Shown piece after piece: positions 55,589 to 64,000 of a DNA stretch of 64,000 nt. The number at the start of each line of letters is the position of its first letter. The first letter of the stretch is position 1. The notes below the pieces were generated by a model. The model did no database searches and was not told the origin of the DNA. It was given only the letters and a program-made list of their open reading frames with translations. Source of the DNA: Vicinamibacterales bacterium (GTDB taxonomy: Bacteria; Acidobacteriota; Vicinamibacteria; Vicinamibacterales; UBA8438); NCBI GenBank assembly GCA_965229825.1, contig CBDDJQ010000005.1:106350-170349 (forward strand), read 5' to 3'. The position numbers and the translations under genes are program-made.

Positions 55589-57097
55589 ATGACCACGCAG
55601 ACCGCCGTTCCCACCGTGCCGTTCTGGGCGAACGGACGCCGTGTCGCCGCGGCCGGCGGCCGGGAGGGGATCGTCACCGATTCCGCGACCGGGCGAACGG
55701 TGCGGACGGTGCCGTTCGCGACCCCTGACGATGTCGACGCCGCGGTGCAGGGCGCCCGCGCCGCCTTCCGCGCCTGGCGGGACACGACCCCGCTGCGCCG
55801 GGCGCGGATCCTGATGCGGTTCCGGGATCTCCTCGAGCGGCACAAGGGGGAAATGGCGCGCGTCATCTCCGAAGAGCACGGCAAGACGGTGGCCGATGCG
55901 GCCGGCTCGGTCCAACGCGGCCTCGAGGTGGTCGAGTTTGCGAGCGGCATTCCCCACCTGCTGAAGGGCGAGCACGCGGAAGACGTGGGCGCCGGCGTCG
56001 ATTCCCACTCCATCCGGCAGCCCCTCGGCGTCTGCGTGGGGATCACCCCGTTCAACTTCCCGATCATGTGCCCGCTGTGGATGGCCCCGGTGGCCCTCGC
56101 CTGCGGGAATGCGTTCGTGCTGAAACCGTCGGAAAAGGACCCCTCGGCCAGCATGATGGCGGCCGAGCTGTTGCACGACGCCGGCCTCCCTGCCGGCGTC
56201 TTCAACGTCGTGCACGGCGACAAGATCGCGGTCGACGCGCTGCTGACGCATCCGGACGTCGCCGCCGTCTCCTTCGTCGGGTCGACGCCGGTCGCGCGGC
56301 ACGTCTACGAGACCGCCACCGCGCACGGCAAACGGGTGCAGGCCCTCGGCGGCGCCAAGAACCATGCGGTGGTGCTGCCGGATGCCGATCTCGACGCCGC
56401 CGCCGATGCCCTGATCGGCGCCGCCTACGGCTCGGCCGGTGAGCGCTGCATGGCGATCTCGGCGGTGGTGGCGGTCGGCGAGGCGGGAGATGCCATCGTG
56501 TCCCGGATCCGGGAACGGGCCGCCGCGGTGCGGGTCGGGCCCGGTGACGGCGAGGGGGTCGAGATGGGTCCCCTCATTACCCGCGATCATCTCGACCGCG
56601 TCAGCCGCTACGTCGACCTGGGTGAACGCGCCGGCGCCGAGCTCGTGGTCGACGGCCGCGGGATACGGGTCGAGGGATACGAAGGCGGGTACTTCCTGGG
56701 GCCGACGCTGTTCGACCGCGTGACGGCCGAGATGCCGATCTACCGCGACGAGATCTTCGGGCCGGTGCTGGTGGTCGTACGCGCCGACACCTTCGACGAC
56801 GCGATCGACATCGTCAACCGGAACCCCTACGGTAACGGGACCGCGGTGTTCACCCGCTCGGGCGACGCGGCGCGCCGGTTCGCCCGCGAGATTCAGGTCG
56901 GGATGGTCGGCATCAACGTCCCGATTCCGGTTCCGATGGCGTTCTTCTCGTTCGGCGGGTGGAAAGGATCGCTGTTCGGCGACCTCCACGTGCACGGAGA
57001 AGACGGGGTCAGGTTCTACACCCGCACGAAGGTCGTCACCACCCGGTGGCCGGACCGGCGCGAGGCGGTGAACCTGAACATGCCCACCTTGAAGTAG
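55589..57097 (+). CDS. mmsA: CoA-acylating methylmalonate-semialdehyde dehydrogenase
   Basis: 502 aa. Blocks FNFPIMCPLWMAPVALACGNAFVLKPSEKDP, the catalytic AGERCMA, and VGINVPIPVPMAFFSFGGWKGSLFGD. Confidence 0.9.
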   Translation: MTTQTAVPTVPFWANGRRVAAAGGREGIVTDSATGRTVRTVPFATPDDVDAAVQGARAAFRAWRDTTPLRRARILMRFRDLLERHKGEMARVISEEHGKTVADAAGSVQRGLEVVEFASGIPHLLKGEHAEDVGAGVDSHSIRQPLGVCVGITPFNFPIMCPLWMAPVALACGNAFVLKPSEKDPSASMMAAELLHDAGLPAGVFNVVHGDKIAVDALLTHPDVAAVSFVGSTPVARHVYETATAHGKRVQALGGAKNHAVVLPDADLDAAADALIGAAYGSAGERCMAISAVVAVGEAGDAIVSRIRERAAAVRVGPGDGEGVEMGPLITRDHLDRVSRYVDLGERAGAELVVDGRGIRVEGYEGGYFLGPTLFDRVTAEMPIYRDEIFGPVLVVVRADTFDDAIDIVNRNPYGNGTAVFTRSGDAARRFAREIQVGMVGINVPIPVPMAFFSFGGWKGSLFGDLHVHGEDGVRFYTRTKVVTTRWPDRREAVNLNMPTLK

Positions 57098-57137
57098 GGG
57101 CGCGCGACGGTCGGCGACCCCGCCCAGGAGAAACCCG

Positions 57138-58361
57138 ATGGCTGAATCACACGCCGGCAACCGATGGCTCCCGTTGATCGGGGGCACGATGTTGAACGTG
57201 GTGCTGGGTACGTTCTACGCCTGGAGCGTCTTCGTGCTGCCCCTCGAAGGAGAGTTCGGCTGGGCGCGCGAACAGACGTCGACCACCTTCAGCATCGGCA
57301 TCTTCACCATGGCGGTGACGTTCGTCATCGCCGGACGCCTGCACGCCACCGTCGGGTTCCGCACCCTGGCCGCCATCGGCGGGGTCCTGTTCAGCGCCGG
57401 GTTCTTTCTGGCCAGCTTCACGACGTCGCTGACGGTTCTGTACGTCACCTACGGCCTCATCGCCGGCGCGGGGAACGGCATCGGCTATTCGGTCGCCATC
57501 CCGATCGTCTCGAAGTGGTTCCCCGACCGGCGCGGCCTCGCCATCGGCATCGCGGTCGGCGGCTACGGCGCCGGGTCGGGCATTTTCGGACCGATCGCCG
57601 ACGAGCTGCTGATCCCCGGCGTGGGATGGGAAACGACCTTCCGGATCTACGGTGTCGTCTTCCTCCTCATCTCGCTCGTCGGCGCTTGGCTGCTCAAGCC
57701 GGCGCCCGACGGTTATGCACCCGAGGGCTGGGACCCCAGCCAGCTCAAGGCCGCGGTGACCCGGGTGACGCGCGAGATCACTCCGTCGGAGATGCTGCGG
57801 GGCAGTTCGTTCTACTTCCTCTTCCTGGCGTTCTTCTTCGGCGCGATCGCGGGACTGGGGTTGATCAGCCAGCTCGTCCCGTTCGGCACGGAAGCGGGCA
57901 TCACCAGCGTGGCGTTGATCGGCCTCGTCGTCGGCGCCATCGGCAACACCGCGGGGCGGGTCCTGTCCGGCGCGATGTCCGACAACCTCGGCCGGCTGAA
58001 CGTGTTGCGGCTGATGGTGGTGGTGTCGGCGGTGGCGATGCCGCTGCTCTACCTGTTGGGCTCGAGCGTGGCGTTCTTCGTGCTCGGCGTCTTCGCGGTG
58101 TATTTCTGCTACGGCGCCCTGCTGGCGGTGTTCGCCGCGACTTCCGCCGACTTCTACGGCACGAAGCACCTGGGGGTGAACTACGGTCTGCTGTTCCTGG
58201 CGTGGGGGTTGGCGGCGGTCGTCGGCGCTCGGCTCGCCGGCCTCGTGTTCGACACCTTCGGCAACTACCAGTGGGCGTTCTTCGGCGCCGCGGTGCTGTC
58301 GATCGTCTCGCTGATCTGTCTGTACGCGGCGAAGAACCCGCCGGCGGACACGGCGTCCTGA
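57138..58361 (+). CDS. MFS transporter, oxalate/formate antiporter (OFA) family
   Basis: 407 aa and 12 TM segments. NVVLGTFYAWSVF and KWFPDRRGLAIGIAVGGYGAGS are typical of OFA. Confidence 0.85.
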   Translation: MAESHAGNRWLPLIGGTMLNVVLGTFYAWSVFVLPLEGEFGWAREQTSTTFSIGIFTMAVTFVIAGRLHATVGFRTLAAIGGVLFSAGFFLASFTTSLTVLYVTYGLIAGAGNGIGYSVAIPIVSKWFPDRRGLAIGIAVGGYGAGSGIFGPIADELLIPGVGWETTFRIYGVVFLLISLVGAWLLKPAPDGYAPEGWDPSQLKAAVTRVTREITPSEMLRGSSFYFLFLAFFFGAIAGLGLISQLVPFGTEAGITSVALIGLVVGAIGNTAGRVLSGAMSDNLGRLNVLRLMVVVSAVAMPLLYLLGSSVAFFVLGVFAVYFCYGALLAVFAATSADFYGTKHLGVNYGLLFLAWGLAAVVGARLAGLVFDTFGNYQWAFFGAAVLSIVSLICLYAAKNPPADTAS

Positions 58362-58370
58362 CACCCTTCC

Positions 58371-59759
58371 ATGTCTTCGATTATCCAGCTCGTCGGCAAC
58401 CTCGGCGAAAGCCTGTCCCGCTTCACCCAGCGCTGGATCCCCGATTCGTGGGTGGTCTGCATGTCGCTGACGGTGCTGGCGATGCTGCTCGCCATCTTCG
58501 GCGCCGGGGCCGGCCTCAACGAGACGGCGCTGGCGTGGGGCGGCGGCATGTGGGCGCTGCTCGAGCTGGCGATGCAGTTCGCCATCGCCCTGATCGCCGC
58601 CCATGCCTGCGTGTCTTCGCGGCCCGCATTCCGGTTTCTCGACTGGCTGGCCAGTCGCCCGGACGTCGACCGGCCGGTGCAGGCGGTGGTGCTGCTGGGG
58701 CTGTTCTCGATCGTGGTCGCCTACTTCAACTGGGCCGCGAGCGTCGTCGCCTCGGCCCTCTTCCTCCCCTTCGTGGCCCGGCGGAATCCGCGCGCGGACA
58801 TCCGGATTCTGATTGCCGCCGGCTATCTCGGCCTCGGCACCGTCTGGCATGGCGGACTCTCCGGATCCGCCCCGCTCATCATGGCGACCGCCGGCAACCC
58901 CATCACGACCCCGCCGCCGGGCGCCGAACCGCTCGTCGACCGGCTGCTGCCGGTGACCGAGACCCTCTTCAACTCGTTCAACCTCCTCTATCTCGCCGTC
59001 GTTTCGGTCGTCGCCCTGGGCATGGTCGCCATCCTGCACCCGCGCCGCAACGCCCGGACGCTGACCGGCGACGAGCTGGCCGCGATCATGCCGGCGATGC
59101 CCGAGGAAGTGAAGCCGACCACGCCGGCGGCCGGCATCGAGGCGTTCCGGGGGTGGATCTTCCTGGGCGTGATCCTGATCGGCTATCCCCTCGGGCACTC
59201 GATCGTGACCCAGGGCTTCGGGGCGAGCTGGACCATCAACGCCTACAACGCGGTGTTCCTGATGGGGGCCATGCTGCTCCAGGGACGGCCCGCGAATCTG
59301 GTGAGGGCGTTCGGCGATGGCGCGCGGACCGCGTCCGGGGTCATCCTGCAGTTCCCGTTCTATGCCGGGATCTTCGGGGTCATCAACGGCACCGGCCTGG
59401 GCGACTGGCTGGGCGCTCTGTTCGTGCAGGTGGCGACCACGGACACCTATCCGCTGATCGTCTACATCTACTCCGGGGTGGTGAACGTGTTCGTCCCCTC
59501 CGGCGGCTCGAAATGGCTGATCGAGGCTCCCTACCTGCTGCCGGCGGCCCGGGAGCTCGGTGTATCTCCGACCACCACCCTGCTCGCCTACTGCTACGGC
59601 GACTCGACCAGCAACCTGATTCAGCCGTTCTGGGCGATCCCGATCCTGACCGTCACCCGCATGAAGTTCGGGGACGTGCTCGGCTACAGCGGCCTCATCG
59701 CGGTGGTCCTGTTCTTCGTCACCGCCATCGCGATGCTGCTCGTGCCGTCGACGCTCTGA
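58371..59759 (+). CDS. Short-chain fatty acid transporter (AtoE-like)
   Basis: 462 aa. Blocks RWIPDSWVVCMSLT, GLSGSAPL, FPFYAGIFG, VFVPSGGSKWLIEAP and YGDSTSNLIQPFWAIP. Confidence 0.85.
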   Translation: MSSIIQLVGNLGESLSRFTQRWIPDSWVVCMSLTVLAMLLAIFGAGAGLNETALAWGGGMWALLELAMQFAIALIAAHACVSSRPAFRFLDWLASRPDVDRPVQAVVLLGLFSIVVAYFNWAASVVASALFLPFVARRNPRADIRILIAAGYLGLGTVWHGGLSGSAPLIMATAGNPITTPPPGAEPLVDRLLPVTETLFNSFNLLYLAVVSVVALGMVAILHPRRNARTLTGDELAAIMPAMPEEVKPTTPAAGIEAFRGWIFLGVILIGYPLGHSIVTQGFGASWTINAYNAVFLMGAMLLQGRPANLVRAFGDGARTASGVILQFPFYAGIFGVINGTGLGDWLGALFVQVATTDTYPLIVYIYSGVVNVFVPSGGSKWLIEAPYLLPAARELGVSPTTTLLAYCYGDSTSNLIQPFWAIPILTVTRMKFGDVLGYSGLIAVVLFFVTAIAMLLVPSTL

Positions 59760-59917
59760 CGCGGAATCGGAGTAGTCGCTTCAACTCGTTGCCAGGACGA
59801 CCTTCAGTTTTATCGGCCTTCCTCGATCGCAACGCCGCCGCCTCGCAATCCCCGCACCTCAGAATGCACGCCGACCGGCCGGACCGGACGACCGGCGTGC
59901 CGCGCCGGCGCGGCCGA

Positions 59918-61561
59918 TCACGCCGGCGGCGGCACGAACTGCGGGAGTACGTAGGCGAAGATCATCGTGACCACGGCCATGAACAGGGCCAGGATGATGC
60001 TGTGCTTCAGCGTGATCCGGAACAGACGTCCTTCCTGCGACGACGCCATGCCCGTCGCGGCCACCGCGACGGCGATGCTCTGCAGCGAGATCATCTTGCC
60101 CATGACCCCGGTGGCGGCGTTCGTCGACGCGGTCAGAATCGGGTTCAGGCCCAGGGCGTTGGCGGTGACTACCTGCAGCGTGCCGAACAGCGCGTTGGAC
60201 GACGTGTCGCTGCCGGTGAGGAAAACCCCGGTCCAGCCGAGCATCGCGCTGAAGAACGGGAAGAGCACCCCGGTCGCCGCGAACGCCAGCCCCAGCGTCG
60301 AGGTCATGCCCGCGTAGTTCATCAGGAACGCGAGGGCCAGGACCGACGCGATGGTCAGCAGCGGCTTTTGCAACTGCCTGAGCACCGCCCCCACGATGCC
60401 GAAGAACTTCCCGGGGGAGAAGCCGGTCGCCAGGGCCGCCGCGAACGCGGCCAGGAAGCACGACGTGCCGGCGGCGGACAACCACTGGAAGTTGTACAGC
60501 GCGCCGTACGGCGACGGCTCCGCCGTCAGCGGCGGGACGCGGGTGATGACGTCGTGCAGCAGCGGCACCGGAATCGACAGGCTGACGGTGTTCAACAGGT
60601 CCTGGATGGGCCGGTAGCGCCAGACGAGGACGAACACCACCAGCAGGATGTAGGGGGCCCAGGCGGACACCAGCTCCCCGGTCGTGTGGGTGCGCGACTT
60701 CGTCGTCGTCTCGACGTCGCCCTCGAGGCGGAAGACCTGTGCCGGCTGCCAGATCTTCATGGCGATGACCATCGCGATCATCGCGGCGATCGACGCCAGG
60801 ATGACCGCGAGCGCCGGGCCCATGGTGTTGGTGACCACGAACAGCACGACCGCGAAGGTCACCGAGCACGCCAGAATCTGCGGCAGCACCTCCAACGCCC
60901 GGCGGAACCCGGACATGATGACCACCATGTAGGCGGGGATGACGATGGCGATCAGGGCGCACAACCGCCCGGTCATGGCGCTCAGGCCCGCCTCCGGCAA
61001 GCCGGTCACCTGCGCCAGGGTCACGACCGGGATGCCCAACGAACCGAACGCGACCGGCGCGGTGTTGGCGACCAGGCAGATGAACGCGGCGTAGAACGGG
61101 GAGAACCCCAGACCGGTCAGCATCGCCGCGGCGATCGCCACCGGTGTCCCGAAGCCGGCCGCCCCCTCGATGAACGCCCCGAAGGCGAAGCCGATCAGCA
61201 CCGCCTGCAGGCGGCGGTCGTCGCTGAGCGAACCGATCGAATCCTTGATGATCTCGAACTTGCCCGAATCCACCGTGACCCGATACAGGATCAGCGAGGC
61301 GATGACGATCCAGCCGATGGGGAACAGGCCGAACGCGGCCCCGTAGACCATCGAGGCCCCCGCCTGCGCGACCGGCATGCCGTACACGCCGAGGGCCAGC
61401 ACGGCCGCCGCTCCGAGGGCGGTGAGGCCGGCGATCCACCCGGGCTTGCGCCGGACTCCCAGCATGTAGAACAGGATGAGGAGCGGGATGGCCGCGGCAA
61501 TCGTGGAGTAGCCGAGACTGCCCGCGATCGGCGTATAGTCTTGTTGCCAACTGGTCAACAT
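59918..61561 (-). CDS. lctP: L-lactate permease
   Basis: 547 aa. Blocks FGAFIEGAAGFGTPVAI, ANTAPVAFGSLGIPV, and TGSDTSSNALFG...GVMGKMISLQSIAVA. Confidence 0.9.
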   Translation of the reverse strand: MLTSWQQDYTPIAGSLGYSTIAAAIPLLILFYMLGVRRKPGWIAGLTALGAAAVLALGVYGMPVAQAGASMVYGAAFGLFPIGWIVIASLILYRVTVDSGKFEIIKDSIGSLSDDRRLQAVLIGFAFGAFIEGAAGFGTPVAIAAAMLTGLGFSPFYAAFICLVANTAPVAFGSLGIPVVTLAQVTGLPEAGLSAMTGRLCALIAIVIPAYMVVIMSGFRRALEVLPQILACSVTFAVVLFVVTNTMGPALAVILASIAAMIAMVIAMKIWQPAQVFRLEGDVETTTKSRTHTTGELVSAWAPYILLVVFVLVWRYRPIQDLLNTVSLSIPVPLLHDVITRVPPLTAEPSPYGALYNFQWLSAAGTSCFLAAFAAALATGFSPGKFFGIVGAVLRQLQKPLLTIASVLALAFLMNYAGMTSTLGLAFAATGVLFPFFSAMLGWTGVFLTGSDTSSNALFGTLQVVTANALGLNPILTASTNAATGVMGKMISLQSIAVAVAATGMASSQEGRLFRITLKHSIILALFMAVVTMIFAYVLPQFVPPPA

Positions 61562-61825
61562 GGTCTGTATCCGTCGTCAGAGGTGTCCGGCGAGTCGAGT
61601 GAACGCGCCACTTTAGCACGCCGCGACGGAGGGTTGCACACCGCCCCGGGTCAGGCGGACGGGACACGGACCGCCTGACCGGCGGGCGATGGGTTGCCGG
61701 ACCTGCTGGCGTCGGTCGGGAAGGACGCGCTTCCGCGAGATGTGCTGGCCGTCTCACCGGCGGTCGAGGAGTTGCACGGTGGCGTCAGCCCATCAGCCGG
61801 CTCCCTTCCTCCCGTGCGGGCGGTC

Positions 61826-62620
61826 TCACGGGCGGTCGGAGGGTTGCAGAAGACCCGCGAATCCCGCGATGAGGTTGCGCCTGCCGACGCGCTCGATCGG
61901 ATTCTCGCCCAGGTACACGTCGAACAGGGCGCGGCAGAGGACCCGCGACTCGATGGGCGGCCGCTCGTCGCCGTCCACCGTCATGGCGAGGCGGCCCGCC
62001 GGACCGCACGAGAAGACGATCTCGACGCCGCGCCGCACCTCGTCCACGTCGAGGTAGCCGCGCAGCCGCGCCAGGGCCGCTGCCGCGGCGTCGCCGTCGA
62101 GGCCGCGCCCGGCCCGCGGCAAGCGCGGCCGCAGCGCGTCGTCGAACGCGTCGGCCACGTCGCCACCGCCGACGGTCCGCGTCATGACCAGCCGTAGCGC
62201 CATCCCGAAGTCGAGGTCGAGCAGGCGCCGGGTGAATCGCTCGTCCCGCCCGAGCGCCTCCGCAGTGGCGCCGGCGAACTCCGAGAGCGCGGCCTGCGCG
62301 CCGGCCGCATCGACGTAGAGGCCGAAGGCGTAGACGTTCACCCGGAAGATCGTCCGCTGCCGGATGCCGGTCCCCACCAGCCCGTGCGGCGTCGTCCCGC
62401 GAGGCGGCGTGAGGACGACGGGGAAGAGGGTTCCGCTCTCGCGCTCGCGGACCGATTCCGGCGCCGCCGGTTGGCTCGCGGCTCCCGCGGTCGACGCTCG
62501 CTCTGCCGGCCCTGTACTTGTCCGCGCCGTCTCCGGCGACGCCGACCGGCCTGCGGCGGGAGCCGGTGCGGCGATCAGCCCGAGAATCAGGGCCCGGCCC
62601 GCGAGTCGCTTCATGGTCAT
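61826..62620 (-). CDS. Secreted chalcone-isomerase-like family protein
   Basis: The ATG at 62620 overlaps the lgt stop (ATGA). Signal peptide MTMKRLAGRALILGLIAAPAPAAG. FRVNVYAFGLYVD... and ...CRALFDVYLG are typical of the bacterial CHI-like fold. The 538-aa track ORF is an over-extension. Confidence 0.65.
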   Translation of the reverse strand: MTMKRLAGRALILGLIAAPAPAAGRSASPETARTSTGPAERASTAGAASQPAAPESVRERESGTLFPVVLTPPRGTTPHGLVGTGIRQRTIFRVNVYAFGLYVDAAGAQAALSEFAGATAEALGRDERFTRRLLDLDFGMALRLVMTRTVGGGDVADAFDDALRPRLPRAGRGLDGDAAAAALARLRGYLDVDEVRRGVEIVFSCGPAGRLAMTVDGDERPPIESRVLCRALFDVYLGENPIERVGRRNLIAGFAGLLQPSDRP

Positions 62621-63672
62621 CTCCGGCGTGCCCCGTTTCCATTCGGAGGCGCGGCGGCCGTCTCGCCAAGATCTCCCGGCGCCGGCGGGGGCGCGGTGTC
62701 GATCTTCGGATACAGCCAGGAGTACTGCAGGCCCGGGTGCCGCGCGCCGTAGCGGGACGGGACGTCCTGCGTCCAGTTGCTCGGAATCGTCAGACAGAAC
62801 GCCAGGAGGCCCGCAAAGGCGAGGCGCTGCGAGACGAGCGGCGGCGCGTCTCTCGACCCGCCGCCGGAGGCCGCCGCGGCGGTACCCCACCCGGCGCTGC
62901 GTTTGAGCCGGCCCAGCCTGCGCAGGCGCGAACGGTACAGGGCCGCGACGCCGACCGCCGCCATGACGATGTTCAGCGTCTGGCCGGTGCCGAGGGCGAG
63001 CCGATGTGTGGGGTAGTCCCGGAAGAGGTCGATGAAGAACCGCGGGAACGCGTACCAGAAGACGAAGCGGGCGGCGACCGCGCCCGGCGTCGTATTCACC
63101 CGCCGCACGTGCAGGAGGTAGGCCATCAGCAGCAGGTTCTTGGCCCCGTCGTAGAGCACAACGGGATGGCGGAAGCCCTCCGCGTCGGGAAACGCGACCG
63201 CCCACCGGACGTCGGTCACTGCGCCGACGATCTGGCCGTCGATGAAGTTCCCGATCCGTCCCATGCCCATCAGGAACGCCGCCGGAATGACCAGCGCGTC
63301 CGCCACGAGCAGGAACGGCTTGCCGGACAGGCGCGCGAACAGCGCGCCGCCCAGCGCCCCGCCGAGCAGCAGCCCGTGGCTCGCCATGCCCCCGAGCCAC
63401 CAGGCGGGGATCAGATGCAGATGCTCGCGGTAGAAGGGCCATTCATCGAATGCGATCTCGACCGCGCGCCCCCCTACCAGCACCCCGACGGAGATGTACA
63501 GGCTCAGGCTCCACACCTCCCGGGGTGACAGCCGGAGCCGTCCACCGCCGCGCTTGAGGAACAGATGCAGCTCCAGGAATCCCAGGGCGAACCCGAGACC
63601 GTACCACCAGAGGTGGACGCCGCCGACGTCGAGCAGGATCGGGTCGATCCGGTGGGTATACGGTCCCAGCAT
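62617..63672 (-). CDS. lgt: Prolipoprotein diacylglyceryl transferase with about 90-aa C-terminal extension
   Basis: HLWWYGLGFALGF, GRIGNFIDGQIVG, HPVVLYDGAKNLLL and FWYAFPRFFIDLFR. There is an extra TM segment (LAFAGLLAFCLTI) in the tail. Confidence 0.85.
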   Translation of the reverse strand: MLGPYTHRIDPILLDVGGVHLWWYGLGFALGFLELHLFLKRGGGRLRLSPREVWSLSLYISVGVLVGGRAVEIAFDEWPFYREHLHLIPAWWLGGMASHGLLLGGALGGALFARLSGKPFLLVADALVIPAAFLMGMGRIGNFIDGQIVGAVTDVRWAVAFPDAEGFRHPVVLYDGAKNLLLMAYLLHVRRVNTTPGAVAARFVFWYAFPRFFIDLFRDYPTHRLALGTGQTLNIVMAAVGVAALYRSRLRRLGRLKRSAGWGTAAAASGGGSRDAPPLVSQRLAFAGLLAFCLTIPSNWTQDVPSRYGARHPGLQYSWLYPKIDTAPPPAPGDLGETAAAPPNGNGARRR

Positions 63673-63891
63673 GGCTGTCTCGCGAACGGAACGCCCGCCG
63701 CTTCTGCCGACGGAAGTCGACGTTCTGGTGGTGTGTCGCTTGAACCAGTTTACAGTCGCTGTGAACGCTTCTGTGGGTCCGGGCGCACGGAGGGCGTGAC
63801 CGTGGATCGGTGGGATCGGACGGCCCGTTCGCGCAGGCCGTGAGGTCCGGAATCGGATGGGCGGTGCGGGCAGTCCCGATGGACATCCGAC

Positions 63892-63999
63892 TCAAGCGGC
63901 TTTGAGGACGGCCACCCGATCCTCCGCGGCGAGCTGACATTGCTCGGGGACGAGCTGACGTGTCAGGCGGTCAGGCCGCTGATCGGAATACCCATCGTC
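63892..63999 (-). CDS. Possible 3' end of an unidentified gene running off the window
   Basis: An open frame to the window edge reads ...DDGYSDQRPDRLTRQLVPEQCQLAAEDRVAVLKAA*. It is too short to identify, and GC3 is only moderate. Confidence 0.2.
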   Translation of the reverse strand, partial: DDGYSDQRPDRLTRQLVPEQCQLAAEDRVAVLKAA

Positions 64000-64000
64000 C

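Overview
This is a 64-kb, very GC-rich bacterial chromosomal segment (about 68-70% GC by eye). I found no rRNA, tRNA or CRISPR. The gene content (DUF1552/DUF1592 pairs, carboxypeptidase-type TonB receptor, exported ankyrin and Big_2 proteins, PQQ dehydrogenases) suggests a soil Acidobacteriota/Gemmatimonadota-like organism; this is inference only.

Layout:
- (1) 1-3093: a disrupted TonB-dependent receptor with an intact IS5/IS1182-type IS inserted at its stop codon.
- (2) 3.3-15.1 kb: an accessory region of exported proteins. It holds a cyclase-family protein, two paralogous unknown proteins, gene relics, and a 7-gene minus-strand operon: DUF1592 cytochrome, DUF1552, ankyrin protein, unknown, VOC, small ORF, Tat-VOC.
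- (3) 15.2-22.2 kb: two tandem paralogous membrane/coiled-coil genes, a 1159-aa Big_2-repeat lipoprotein, and a quinohaemoprotein PQQ alcohol dehydrogenase with a lanthanide-type DYD motif.
- (4) 22.3-24.9 kb: a lower-GC three-gene module (unknown, DUF5678-like, retropepsin-like protease) directly behind a canonical sirtuin.
- (5) 24.9-29.8 kb: a frameshifted membrane protein with a perfect 15-bp repeat array, DUF4202, peroxiredoxin, BASS transporter and cysQ.
- (6) 30.1-34.8 kb: a candidate hexa-cysteine leader peptide plus intrinsic terminator in front of a siroheme/sulfite-reductase operon.
- (7) 34.9-55.4 kb: a nitrogen-assimilation supercluster (LysR-gltBD, glnK-amtB-porin-glnD-glnA with a sigma54 promoter), interrupted by a sigma54 activator-PQQ dehydrogenase-ArsC-like-rhomboid set.
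- (8) 55.6-63.7 kb: organic-acid genes (mmsA, OFA-MFS, atoE-like, lctP), a chalcone-isomerase-like protein and lgt.

A bipartite REP-like repeat family occupies many intergenic spaces.

The best candidate for something new is the poly-Cys attenuator. Next are the low-GC protease module and the exported DUF1592/DUF1552 operon.

Most very long ORFs in the supplied track are antisense or out-of-frame shadows typical of high-GC DNA.
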